DNA of 50,010 nt from Neophaeotheca triangularis (Eukaryota): positions 806,001-856,010 of the forward strand of contig BAAIJX010000003.1 in assembly GCA_054600435.1 (NCBI GenBank). Reading direction: 5' to 3'. This document shows, one piece after another, positions 22,433 through 33,315 of this stretch; position 1 is the first letter of the stretch, and each line of letters starts with the position of its first letter. A program made the position numbers and the translations under genes. The notes beneath the pieces are model-generated. The model had not been told where the DNA came from and made no database searches. It worked only from the letters and a program-made list of their open reading frames with translations.

Positions 22433-24835
22433 ATGGCCAAACAACCGGCCGTTGTCATCATCGCCAGACACGGCCCGCGACTCGATGCAGCTGACCCGCA
22501 GTGGCATCTTGCGACTCCCACTCCCTATGACCCTCCTCTCACCTACGGCGGCTGGACCCAGTGCAGGACTTTAGGCGGAAGAATAGCAAGTCTCTTGGAC
22601 GCACGCGAACAAGCAGTAGATGCGACCTCTGGTGAACCACATCCCACTAACGGCGTCACCACTCACGATTTTGCCGGGACAAACGGCGGCGGGACGAGAA
22701 AACGCAAGAGGAAGCATAAAGTGGTCATCCACTCATCGCCGTTCTTGAGATGTTTGCAGACCAGTGTTGCCATTGCCGCCGGCATGGCACAACATCAGCC
22801 CTCCAACGAGACCGGCCACAAGCCCAGCGTTGGGCATAGGACACCAACGCAGCTGCACTCCGCTTCCCCTAAAGTCAAAGCCATGGAGGGAAATGGATCG
22901 CCTACTCTTGCGCCCATTTCAGAACCAAAGCATGACTTTGCGCACGATCTGGCTCGTAAACACTTGACCGAGCGCAAAAAGTATAGACGGGCGAAGCTGC
23001 GGGTCGACGCCTTCCTTGGCGAGTGGCTGAATCCACAGTACTTTGAGCACATCACCCATCCACCCCCGAGCTCTATGATGGTTACGGCGGCCAAGGCTGA
23101 GTTGATGCAGAATGAACCCATTGACGTTTTTACACCTTCGATATCCACAACCCGAACGCCTTCGAGTAGTCTTTGGGGCGGCGTGAATGGCGCGTCGAAG
23201 TCTGCAGGTACTAGCAGGCAGGGTACATTGGACAACTTCAGCCATTTGAGACTAGACGATGCGCTGCATGTGCCCACGGCTAGGAGTCGTGCGAGTAGTG
23301 AGGTCAGCGCGAATTCCTCTTTGGATGTACCGCATCGTCCTAAATCACCCTATCGCCCAGGGCATCTGAACATGGCGCAGAACTCCACGTTCCCAAATTC
23401 AGAAACCTCGCAGTACATCGCTCCCACACCCTCTTGGGCGGTCTCTCCATCCGACGTCATACCTCGAGGCTATGTCTCGCATGCTCGTCAATCGTGCACA
23501 AATGTGGATTTCCAATGGGACAGCAGTAGAGCACCTCAAGCCTGGGGAGATGGAGGCGATTACGGCGAGGAGTGGAGTTCAATGCATAGGCGTTTCAGGA
23601 GAGGCTTAAACCACGTGGTCGATTGGTATAGTCGTCATGATGCTGACGACAGGGGGGAAGACGCGCTGGGGTTTGACCAGGCCGAGAGGAACGAAGACGA
23701 CGAGGAGGAAGAGCTCGTCGTGGTATTGGTAACCCATGGTGCAGGCTGCAATGCTCTGATCGGTGCCATGACCGGTCAGCCGGTACTGCTCGACGTGGGA
23801 ATGGCCAGCTTGACCATGGCAGTAAGAAAAGATGATGCGCCGCCAGTGAAGCGCGCCGACGAGCTGTTAACCCAGAAGACCGATGCATCAGCATCTTCTC
23901 TAAATGGCTACCGCCACGAAAGCATTGACACGGGTCTCAGCTCAGTCTACGACATGAAACTAGTCGCTTCTTCCGAGCACCTCCGATCCAACGCCGACGC
24001 GAGAAAGCCTTCCGCACCGCCTAACACCAGCTACCGCGACTCTCTTCCTCGATTCCGTGAGATCCCTGATCACGCACCAAACACCTCCCCACTTCCCCAG
24101 AACTGGCGCTTCGGCGAGCCTACCCCACGCAACAGCGGCAGCACAAGCGCAGCTCTAGGAAGCATGCGTCGACCCTCCACAAGCAACGGCACAGCTCCAC
24201 CCCTGAACAAAGCCAACACAGCCCAAGGTCTGCCTCATCACAACGTCAACGCCTCCCTCGCGCCACCGGGCGCAACAGGCCTCTGGACGCCACCAATTGC
24301 GCAAACCCCCTCGCCGTCGCTCTCAGCTTTCCATACAACCAGCAGCCCCTTCTTCCACCCCCTGAATGCAGACCACGACTCCGGCCACTCCTCACCAGGC
24401 CAGGACCTCGTGCTCGACTTCTCCAACTCCCCGCCCCCGGAACCGCAGCAGCCGACTATCCCAAACGGCACCACCACCACCGCCACCAACATCAACCCCA
24501 AGGAGCCCCATTCCTCCCACCCCCTCAACCTCGCCACCGCCTTGTCAAGAGCTCAATCCCATTTCCAATCCCAGCCTCCTTCTCATACTCCCTCAAGAGA
24601 AACGGAAGAAGAGAAGAACGAAGAAGAAGAGACCCTACAAGAAACCTCCGACAGTCTCACTGAGCTGCCACCCCCAGGCGGTGAGCTCCCGCAAGCTCTC
24701 AAGAGGGGTTTGAGCCAAAAAGGCCTTTGGGGCGCCAGACCGAGTGGAGATCTTGTTAGTCATCCTGCTGGGATTGGCGGGCCGAAGAGGAGATGGACGC
24801 TTGATCAGGGGAGGGATCAGGGGAGGGGGGAGTAG
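22433..24835 (+). CDS. Histidine phosphatase / phosphoglycerate mutase superfamily protein (800 aa)
   Basis: Motifs IIARHGPRLD, DPPLTYGG, HSSPFLRCLQT, LGEWL and VLVTHGAGCNA; long low-complexity insertions. Confidence 0.85.
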   Translation: MAKQPAVVIIARHGPRLDAADPQWHLATPTPYDPPLTYGGWTQCRTLGGRIASLLDAREQAVDATSGEPHPTNGVTTHDFAGTNGGGTRKRKRKHKVVIHSSPFLRCLQTSVAIAAGMAQHQPSNETGHKPSVGHRTPTQLHSASPKVKAMEGNGSPTLAPISEPKHDFAHDLARKHLTERKKYRRAKLRVDAFLGEWLNPQYFEHITHPPPSSMMVTAAKAELMQNEPIDVFTPSISTTRTPSSSLWGGVNGASKSAGTSRQGTLDNFSHLRLDDALHVPTARSRASSEVSANSSLDVPHRPKSPYRPGHLNMAQNSTFPNSETSQYIAPTPSWAVSPSDVIPRGYVSHARQSCTNVDFQWDSSRAPQAWGDGGDYGEEWSSMHRRFRRGLNHVVDWYSRHDADDRGEDALGFDQAERNEDDEEEELVVVLVTHGAGCNALIGAMTGQPVLLDVGMASLTMAVRKDDAPPVKRADELLTQKTDASASSLNGYRHESIDTGLSSVYDMKLVASSEHLRSNADARKPSAPPNTSYRDSLPRFREIPDHAPNTSPLPQNWRFGEPTPRNSGSTSAALGSMRRPSTSNGTAPPLNKANTAQGLPHHNVNASLAPPGATGLWTPPIAQTPSPSLSAFHTTSSPFFHPLNADHDSGHSSPGQDLVLDFSNSPPPEPQQPTIPNGTTTTATNINPKEPHSSHPLNLATALSRAQSHFQSQPPSHTPSRETEEEKNEEEETLQETSDSLTELPPPGGELPQALKRGLSQKGLWGARPSGDLVSHPAGIGGPKRRWTLDQGRDQGRGE

Positions 24836-25074
24836 GAGTGGAAGTGGGGTAGTGGGAGTTGTTGTGGATGTAGGGTATTGGCAGTCGAAGTGGATGTGGA
24901 TGTGGATGTGGGAGGAATTCATGGGTCTATTACTCGCTAATGGGCAATAACGATGAACGAAGATGAACAAATCGATACCTCTTCGCTCAATCCTCGCTGA
25001 TGCATCCCAGCACGCCCCCTTCCCGTTTCCACATCTCCAACCCCGTCCCCCCTCCCCTCCTTTCCCCTATCCAC

Positions 25075-27059
25075 TCACAAACACAAAATCCTCCCCTCGA
25101 CCCTAGGCGCAATCCCCCTCGTCCAATCCACGCCAAACTCGCCCCCGGCCAACTCCTCGCACATCCTCGGATGCCCTTTCAAACCCGCCAGCCGCCACCA
25201 CTTGCGCATGACCTTGCGCATGAGCTGGAGCTCTCGCTCGCCATCGCCACTCCCACTGCCATCGGATCCCGGAATATGGGGTTCGTTGGGAGCAAAAGGG
25301 GTCTGGGCCTGCTCGCCTCCAGCACCGCCGCCACTTCCAGAACTAGTATCCGCAACAGGCTCTCGCACGGGATGCACCTCGTGCAACTCCTCCTGCACAC
25401 CGGCCCAAACGTGGCCCAGCCTCGCATTCCCGCCCCCCTCACCCTCAGCACCTCGACCTTTGCCAACACCATCGCGCTCACGCTCGCGCCCACGGACCCC
25501 CCAGCGGCCCAAAACTTTCAAACTCAAAAAATACTGCCGCAAAAGCATCGAAATCAGTAACCCATTTTCCTCACCGACCACACTCCGAGCCGTCCCTTCG
25601 CCGTCCCCAACAAGTCTGAGAGATTCGAACCCGTCCTTCCCCCTGACCATATACTCCCTCGTGACAAGCGTATACTCGCGCTCGAGCTCCAGAGGCCGGC
25701 CACCGACCCAAACCCCGCTGACACGACTGCCCGGGACCTGATGAGGGGAGAAGGAAAACCGTAACCCGGAAACTTGCGGGAACCGGCCCTCCAGCGCGGG
25801 AACTTTGCTCACGCTGTTCTCGAGAGCAGTTAGGATTTCGCGGCCTTTGAGGGCGATGACGACGCACGGGTCCTCGAAGGGGAAGCAGTTCAAGATGTCT
25901 TTGAGTCGTAACAGGCCTGGTGGGTAGATTTGGTCGCCGCGGATGGTGCCTGCGGCTATGATGCAGAGTTCTGCCCCGTAGTGGAGGCGCATGATGTCGG
26001 TTATGAGGTTTCCGAGGTTGCTTTCGCGGGTGCGGACGGTGGTGAAGCGGGCGTCTAGGGGCGCGTGGGTGTAGGCTATGGGTTTGGAGAGTTTGGTGGT
26101 GAGGTGCGTTGTTAGGGAAGTGATTAGGGAGAGGGTTGAGGGGTCCGGGGGTATGAGGGTCGTGGTGTCCAGGCGGAGGATGTGGAGGTTCCAGGTTTGG
26201 AGGATGGTGTCGCGCCGGAGTTCGATGTAGGAAAGTTGTTTGAAATCGCTCCCGGAGCGGAGGATGTGGGTGTTGTTGATGATGGAGTGGTTGTAGTAGT
26301 GGTCGTGGCCGCCGAGGATGAGGTCGAGAGTTCCTGGTGGTATTTTTGAGGCGAGCTTGTTGTCGTTGGGTTCCCTTTGGTGCGTGAGCGCGATGACGAT
26401 GTCGGCGCCTTGCTCGCGTAGCTGGGGTGCTAGTTCTTTGGCCGTGGCGGATGCTGAGAGGTACTTGAGATTGGGGGGTAGGCTGTTGATGGTGTCGAGC
26501 CATTCTCGTTCCACTAGGCCAATGAGGCCGACTTTGATGCCGTTCGAAGCTTGGAGGATGTGAGTTCGTTTGCAGTTCCCTAGCGGGACAATGTCTCCTA
26601 GAGCTGGATCAAGTACGTTGGCCACTAGCCAGGGGAAATTGCAGCGGGCGGCGAGTGTATTGAACTGCTCAACGCCAAAGTCCAAGTCGTGATTCCCCAG
26701 ACACGCGGCGTTGGTGTTGACGTTGTTCAAGACGGGCACCATATGACTGCCTACTGACGAATCAGTCAAACGAATCATACGTGCTCGAATCGCTGTAGCT
26801 CACCCTTAGTGACACTGCTCTCCAAACTCGGATTGAAAGCATCGCCCGAGAACAGCGTCAGTAGCTCTGGTTGGCCAGCGAACTTAGAGTCTTCTCGGTA
26901 GTAATTGCAAAGCGTTTGGAATCTGGCCACGCCACCAACGGGCTCCCGTGAGCCAGCCTCGACGTGGTAGACATCGTTGTAGTGCAGCAGTCGAAGGTCT
27001 GGTAGTTGGGAGGTGTCACCCGAGGTGTAGGTCAGGGATTCAGTGGGAATCTTGGCCAT
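25075..27059 (-). CDS. 5'-nucleotidase (calcineurin-like metallophosphoesterase plus 5'-nucleotidase C-terminal domain), 2 exons, no signal peptide
   Basis: Motifs LLHYNDVYH, SGDAFNPS, GNHDLDFG, ALTHQ, GGHDH, ESNLGN and GRFPQVSG. Intron 26803-26751 (GTGAGC..CTGAT..TAG). Confidence 0.9.
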
Positions 27060-27792
27060 GGCTTGAGAACGGATGCGTAGGTAAGAGAGGACAACTTTGT
27101 TTCGACGCAGGTATTCCGTGTGACAGGAAGATGCTCTGCTGTCTGTTCAGAGTTGTAAGCGGCTGAGCAGTGGGAAGGGAATACAGGTACCTTCCCCTGA
27201 ACACGATCCCGGAAAGCGCGGCAGTAATGTTCCTGCCTCTTAAAGCTACTGGAAGCTCACAAACCACCGATGAAAGGGTTATACATCATCAACAGCAGAT
27301 TGGAAGGTGGTGTTGCTCCGGTAGTAGGGCATAGACCCTAGACGTCGGGTCCTCAAAGTGAAGTCAGGCCTTGAGAGAGAGTGACAACGCGCAGCCCCTC
27401 TCATTCTATACACTCAACCAGCACTACTAAACCCTGAATTCAGGGGACCAAGGAGATGTAAAGAATACATGTACAACTTGGCGTTTGTGCGACAAGATAT
27501 CAACAAAACCGACCTCTCGCATACGCTCATGCTTATTAGGTACCAGAATAGGAAGACCGACACCCAGCACAAACGCTCGACAAAACTGACCACTTTTGGC
27601 AAACGCCCAAACAATCAATGGTACACTCTCCTCAAGGCTTCACCAACCTTCCCAGTCTTTCTCACTCAGTCTGTGACCGCGTAATATTCTCATCCCATGA
27701 GTGTAGTCGTAGGATCGGAAAATCGTAACCAGGTCATTGCACCATCAACTACAAAGCCACTGCGATTCAGCCGAATTGACCTCGCTAGTCGT

Positions 27793-29119
27793 CTAGAGAG
27801 CGACAGGCTCCTCGCTCTTGTGCTCCGTCGACTCGGGCGTAGGCTCGGTCTTGGGCGCGCTGGGGAAGTCACCGTGCTGAACACCGCCAGCAGGAACGCT
27901 CTCGCCAACGCGGTCGATGGGTTGTCCGGGGGCCTTCTCAGCCGTCTCCTTGTTCACCACACCATTGTCCACAGCGGCCTTCTTCGCTCCGCCCATCATC
28001 TCTTGCGCCTTGGCAGCGTACTGCTTTGTAGCGGAGCTGGTGGCCTCCATGGCCTTGTTGGTGTGCTGTGAAGCAATGTTGCGCATCTGCTCTGTCTGCT
28101 TGCTCATGATGTTGCCGGCGTTCTCAAGGTGAGAGTCGATGACAGCCTGGTTCTTGATGTAGACCAATGGAGCGAGGTAGACGAAGGTGGTGCCGATGAG
28201 GGCGAGGCCCCAGTTTGGCACAAACTTGACGAGGAAGTAGCCGATCAGAGCAGTAGCGAAGGCCTAGTGAGTGATTAGTGAGTTGTGCTTGCGAGCAACT
28301 TGCAGCGTTTGGTGCATCTTACAGCGATGGTGACGTAGACGTTCTCAGCAAAGATGATGCGCTGGAACTCAATGACGAAGAAGTTGATGAGCTGCTCAAC
28401 ATCCTCAAGCGCAGCCTCCAGAGATTCGCGAGGGATGGTGTAGTATCGCTTCGGGCGCATAGAAGTTGCGAGACCCTTGCCCATGACGAAACGGCCCACG
28501 AGCTCGGCGGCCGCAGTGATGCCAAGAATAATATACGTGGCCTTGAAGGTGTAGCGTATGATGGGGACATAGCGGGTCGCAAAGATCAAGAAGATGGTGG
28601 TAGCAAAGGAGATGCTGGTGGCGCGAGGGTTCTCCCAGGACAGCAGGTTGTAGAACATGCTGTGGTAGTGGGTGAGGCTCTGGCCAGTTGCGGTAGTGCT
28701 ATTAGGCATCTGGCGGCTGTTGGCAATGTTGCTGAACTCAGACCTAGTGATCTCGGCCTCGGCGCGAGCCTTGTCGGCCATGGGTCCGTTTTGGAGAGAT
28801 TGGATGGTTTGAGAGTTGGAGATGGAGTTCATGGCGGAGTTGGCGCCTGTGGATTGGGTTAGGTTGGTGTGAGAAAGGAGGTGGTGTTGCGGTCAGGTTA
28901 GAGGTGTCAAAAAACTGCGAGTGAGAGTTAGTAGACGGTCGATAGCTAGGTACTGTAGGTATGGGAGATGCCAGGTAACAGGTTGTGCCTTACCTTACTG
29001 TCAATGGCCTTGTTCTTGGCCGTCTCAGCCTGGGAAGCAGCACTGCCGTTGCTGTTTCCGTATGGGTCGAGGTTTGGGTAATCGGCCTGCTGGCCAGGTG
29101 CGGAGCTGGTATCGGCCAT
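27793..29119 (-). CDS. RTN1: Reticulon-like ER-shaping protein (Rtn1/Cwl1 family), 3 exons
   Basis: Exons 29119-28999, 28846-28323 and 28263-27793. Reticulon domain LLSWENPRATS..FFVIEFQRIIFAEN..YLAPLVY. The first intervening sequence is a nested intron; the second intron is 28322-28264 (GTAAGA..CTAAT..TAG). Confidence 0.88.
28847..28998 (-). other. [D5,6] spliceosomal twin intron (stwintron): internal intron 28993-28915 nested in the donor of the external intron
   Basis: Minus strand reads A|GTAAG[GTAAGG...TACTAAC...CGCAG]TTTTTT...CCTAAC..CACAG|GC. Removing the internal intron rebuilds the donor GTAAGT, and the final product is in frame (D-S-A-N-S-A-M). Confidence 0.8.
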
Positions 29120-29221
29120 TACGAACTTGGTAGGAAGGTCTGGATGGGGGGAGCGTGGAGTTGAATCGGCCTGATCGAGTCGTATTACAGCTTGGAAGTT
29201 GTAGTTGTTGTCGTTGTCGTT

Positions 29222-29270
29222 AGTAGAGGAGAGAGAGAGAGAATAGTAGTAGTAGTGGTGGTAGTAGTAG
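29222..29270. repeat. Compound microsatellite (GA)n/(TAG)n upstream of the reticulon start codon
   Basis: agtagaggagagagagagagaatagtagtagtagtggtggtagtagtag, read directly. Confidence 0.7.
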
Positions 29271-29933
29271 AGGTTTGTTGACGTTGGCGAAAAGTGCTCG
29301 CGTGCGCAACGGGGCGGTTTCAAGAAAGTGCAAACAGCCCAGGGCACAGCTGCAGCTGCACCCACTCGCAAGCCACAACACACGTCATCAGCTCAACAAT
29401 CTTGACATTGGATGAACACAACAACCCGTATTGGAAATTACCTAGTAACATTGACTGCGACCTCGTTCCAATTAATATAAATGGTAGTATACAGTACTTT
29501 CTCTTATTATTGTTATTGCTGATATGTGATTATCCCCACGACATACCTTATGTGTCTGGCTTCAGGTTTCACAACACCTCTGCCCGCTGGATACAGACAG
29601 CATATACCGTACATAACTAATGCCTGCACAATTGTCGGCGGCCAATCAATGATTCCTAATGGCCCTGCCGCCGTGACGAAACGTTAGCGGATCTACAGAG
29701 TGAGTGCTATTTTGACATGTGAAAGCCACTGGCAGCTACTACAACCTACTACCTCCTAATAAGGTAAGGTAGCTAGCATTTGAAATCGATGAATGCGAAA
29801 ACTCCAAGCTTCCCCTATCCAGCTAGCACCCGGCCCCCGGGTGATACACTGAGAAGACTCCAAAGTTGCTCGCGATCGACAGTAACTGTAACTCGAACTA
29901 CGCTTAGGTGGCAGTTGAGAGCATCTTCAGCCC

Positions 29934-31483
29934 TCAAGCATTGCAAGTCTGATAAGCCCTCGGAAACGCAACGACATCTTTAATCGACTGCGCCCCCGTC
30001 AAATACACCAGTAGCCGCTCAAACCCGATGCCAAACCCCCCGTGAGGCGACGTGCCATAGCGACGCAGATCCGCAAACCATGTGAGCGAGTCCAGGCTCT
30101 CCCCTTCGCGCACATAAGGATAGTCTCCGCCCTTCTCCAAACCCATGCCGGCATTGCTCTCTTTGAAGAAGTCTTTTTCCCGTATCACTTCCACGAGCTT
30201 GTCAAGGCGGTGCTCTCGAAGACCTCCCGAGAAGACTTCGGCCACGCCGGGGAGTAGCAGGTCTACAGACTCCGTGGTCTGCACGCCGTTCTCAGTAGAT
30301 GGCGGTGGCGACTGCAACGCGGAGAAGAGACGTATCTTTGTCGGGTAGTGGGTGACGAAAACCGGGCGCTTGAAGTGCTGTAGTAGGAACATCTCATGCT
30401 CCGTCGAGAAGTCGATCTCAGGTCCCGGCTTCTCGTCAAAGTTCGTCTCCTCTCCGCTCACAGCGTCCAACATCAACGCCACAGCTTCCGCGTGCGTGAT
30501 CCTCGGCCAGTTGGGCTCACAGAGCAGCTCCCACCTGGCCCGCAGCTCAGAGCTCGTGACTGGTGTTGTACCAGCACGACCAACGCTCTCAAGCAGTTCG
30601 CGACCCACAGGAGAAGCTCGAAGCCTCTGTATAAGCCCACGAGCAAAGTCCTCGCACATCTCAAGCAACGGCTCCAAAGCCTCGACATAATTAATCGCAA
30701 CCTCCAGCATATGGAACTCCGCCAGATGCTTCTCATCCAACACCCTCTCAGCGCGGAAACTCGGCGCAAGCATCCAAACACGATCCAAGCCCATTGCAAA
30801 AGCTTCCCCATGAAGCGCCGCCGTGACGGACAGGTAGCGCCGCCCGCCGAAGAACTCATCCCGGAGCACGGTATTCTTCTTCGACCTCTGCGTCAGGACG
30901 GGGAAAACTTCCGCTCCGCCTTCGCAATCGGTGTGTGTGATTACCGGGTGGTGGACTTGGGTGAAGGTGCCTTCGGGGTGCGTGGCGAAGTATTCGGTGA
31001 TTGCTGCGATGGTGGCAGACCGGAAACGCATCAGGAGACCTTGCCAAGGGGTTCGTAGTCGGAGGTGTGGGTGTGCTAATGTTGCAGAGGGGCCGTGGTT
31101 GAGGGGGTTCGAGGCGTCTGATAGACCTAGGACTTTGGCGTCGGATACTTGCAGTTCGTGCTTTTGGTCTTGGCTTAGGATGCGGTTGCCTTGCAGCTGG
31201 ATTGTCGACCATTTGGGTAGGTCTTTGATAGTCTGTGAAGGCTGTTCGATGCGGGCTCGTAGGGGGCGGATCGTGCTGCCATCGTGGATGGTGATGATTC
31301 GAGCGTCGGAAGTGCTGTCATCTTTGTCACTTGATACTTCGTCGACTGTCCCGGAGAGAGTGACCGGATAATCCAGACGTGAGTTGTTCGGTGTAGTGTG
31401 AGGTGGGTAAGTGGGTAAGTTGATATTCTTACAGCAAAAGGGAAAGACAAAGGCGTTAGAAGGAGGGCTCAACTAACACGCAT
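29934..31483 (-). CDS. Divergent asparaginyl-tRNA synthetase-like protein (class IIb; related to the mitochondrial-type AsnRS)
   Basis: Contains HPHLRLRTP, motif 1 region FTQVHHPVITHTDCEGGAEVF, motif 2 PSFRAE..HLAEFHMLE, PVFVTHYP and motif 3 DLRRYGTSPHGGFGIGFERL. The start is uncertain; one model is ATG 31483 plus an intron 31477-31428. Confidence 0.8.
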
Positions 31484-33315
31484 AGCTCATTCCCTCTAGT
31501 GGCGGTCAATGTGCACGAGGCAGCTACTCTTATGAAACGTTACGGTCGAGCAACGATAACGTACGCACTCTACAAAGTCAGTCGACGACAACAGGCAGCT
31601 ATCGAGCAAACCTCCGGCAGTAACGGTCCAACGCGTACCAAGACCCACAGACCCGATACAGCCGTCGACTCGACGAGACCACGGTGATCACGAGGTGCCT
31701 GAACGCCTCAGACTCGGCGAATCCTGATTGTGAAGAGCTCAAGGTACAGAAAACGCAAACGTTCTTGCTACGCAACCAACGCGGATCGAACTTGCTGTAT
31801 GCGGGAGCCCTTGGGACTGCATGCGTGGCGCAATACGCACATTCCAGATGCGGTGGTGGTGTCGCCACGCCATCTAGGAGACCACCTTCCAAGGTAAACC
31901 CCCCAGCTGAATGTTGATATTGCGTGGAGAATTGCTTCGAGCCATTGTACCGTTACCCAGGACATCCCTTAGCTTCTCAAGGTGCAGTCCCGAGTGTGCG
32001 CTCTTCTTAAAAAGGGGCATAATCTGTACCAATCCTGCGCAGAACCCTCATCTAGGCAGCCTGTAACCTACCCCTCACGTTCGCGCTGATCGACCCGGCA
32101 TCTGCAGTACTGTATTGGAATGCGCATACTACCTCAGAGATGCCACACGCTTTATGGGCTCGCGTGATATCTTGCCTCCGCGAGCGCAAGGCTTGCAAGC
32201 CGCGAAGTATATCTAGGAGGTCATGTTGCGCAATGCCAAGCTCATTCGCTATATAAGCTTACTCGATAAGGCATAGCGGATCAGTTTAGGCTCGTCGCTC
32301 GACTTCACCTCTTCTCCCTAACTTCTTCTTTGTGTAGATTTGACCTACCTTCGAGCGTTATCATAACATATATATGGCCTCCCAAGGAAGCCTGCGATCA
32401 CCGCCTCAGTACTAGAAAAGCATTGACTGAAGTCTCGAGCTCATTGTTACGCCCGCCCAGTGCAAGGAAACCCTGGCCTGCGGGTGGCCGGACGCAGTCC
32501 GACGCAGCTCCTCCGCTTAGAGTTCCCCCCGGATGCAGGCGCTCGTAACCTACGATGCAGTGCTGATACCACGACTGATTATCTGGTCTTTGATTGCACT
32601 AATCAAGACGTGCTTGTATGCGTCAAAAGCTTGCAGACAGCTACTCGTCAGGCGTGATCACCTTGCATTCCGCTGATGTTCTTCGATCAGCCGCCAATTG
32701 CCATCAAGTAGCGCGCCCTAGTCTAGCCGACCGGCCCTTGAGTTACGTTGGTGTATTCTTGGGTTGCGAAGAAGTAGAGCGTAGACCTGAGACAGCTCAA
32801 GCCGCAACGGTGTCGGCAAGGATTGACCGGATAAGGAGTGCTGATACAAAGCGCCATTTCTATTCGTGCTTTTGGTTCCGAAGTCCAAACAATACACTAC
32901 CTAGACGCTGCGCGCTGTGCCGCTCGAGACGTGCGCCTACCTTTACGAGCACGATTGCTCTACTGTAGTACTTACTCGGCCAGAACGCAAGCCCGCCTGG
33001 CAAAGGTCTAATTTCTGTACTAGATAACCTTCGCTCAGTGGTCAATCATGGCCGCATCGAGTAAATGCTTACCGCACTTTACTTACATCGGCTGTCTAGC
33101 GCTCAGGTGTCTCACTGGTCCTATGCAAGTGTTGAAGTGACTAGAGATATGAGGGGTCCATGCTGGGTTTGGTGGTAGGTGGACTGATGCGGTTACATCT
33201 CGCGTCGGTCTCCGCCTCAAAACGTGCTATAAATCAAGGCTCTCCTTGTCGATGACACAGCTCTCATTTACAATCCTGGAATTTGGCGACTTGTCAGCCA
33301 GCTTATCGTTCTGTC

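Noticed and set aside
31500..33280. Long spacer that might hold a transposon relic or hidden gene
   Set aside because: No terminal repeats, no transposase or reverse-transcriptase motifs, no AT-rich RIP-like decay, and only short featureless ORFs.
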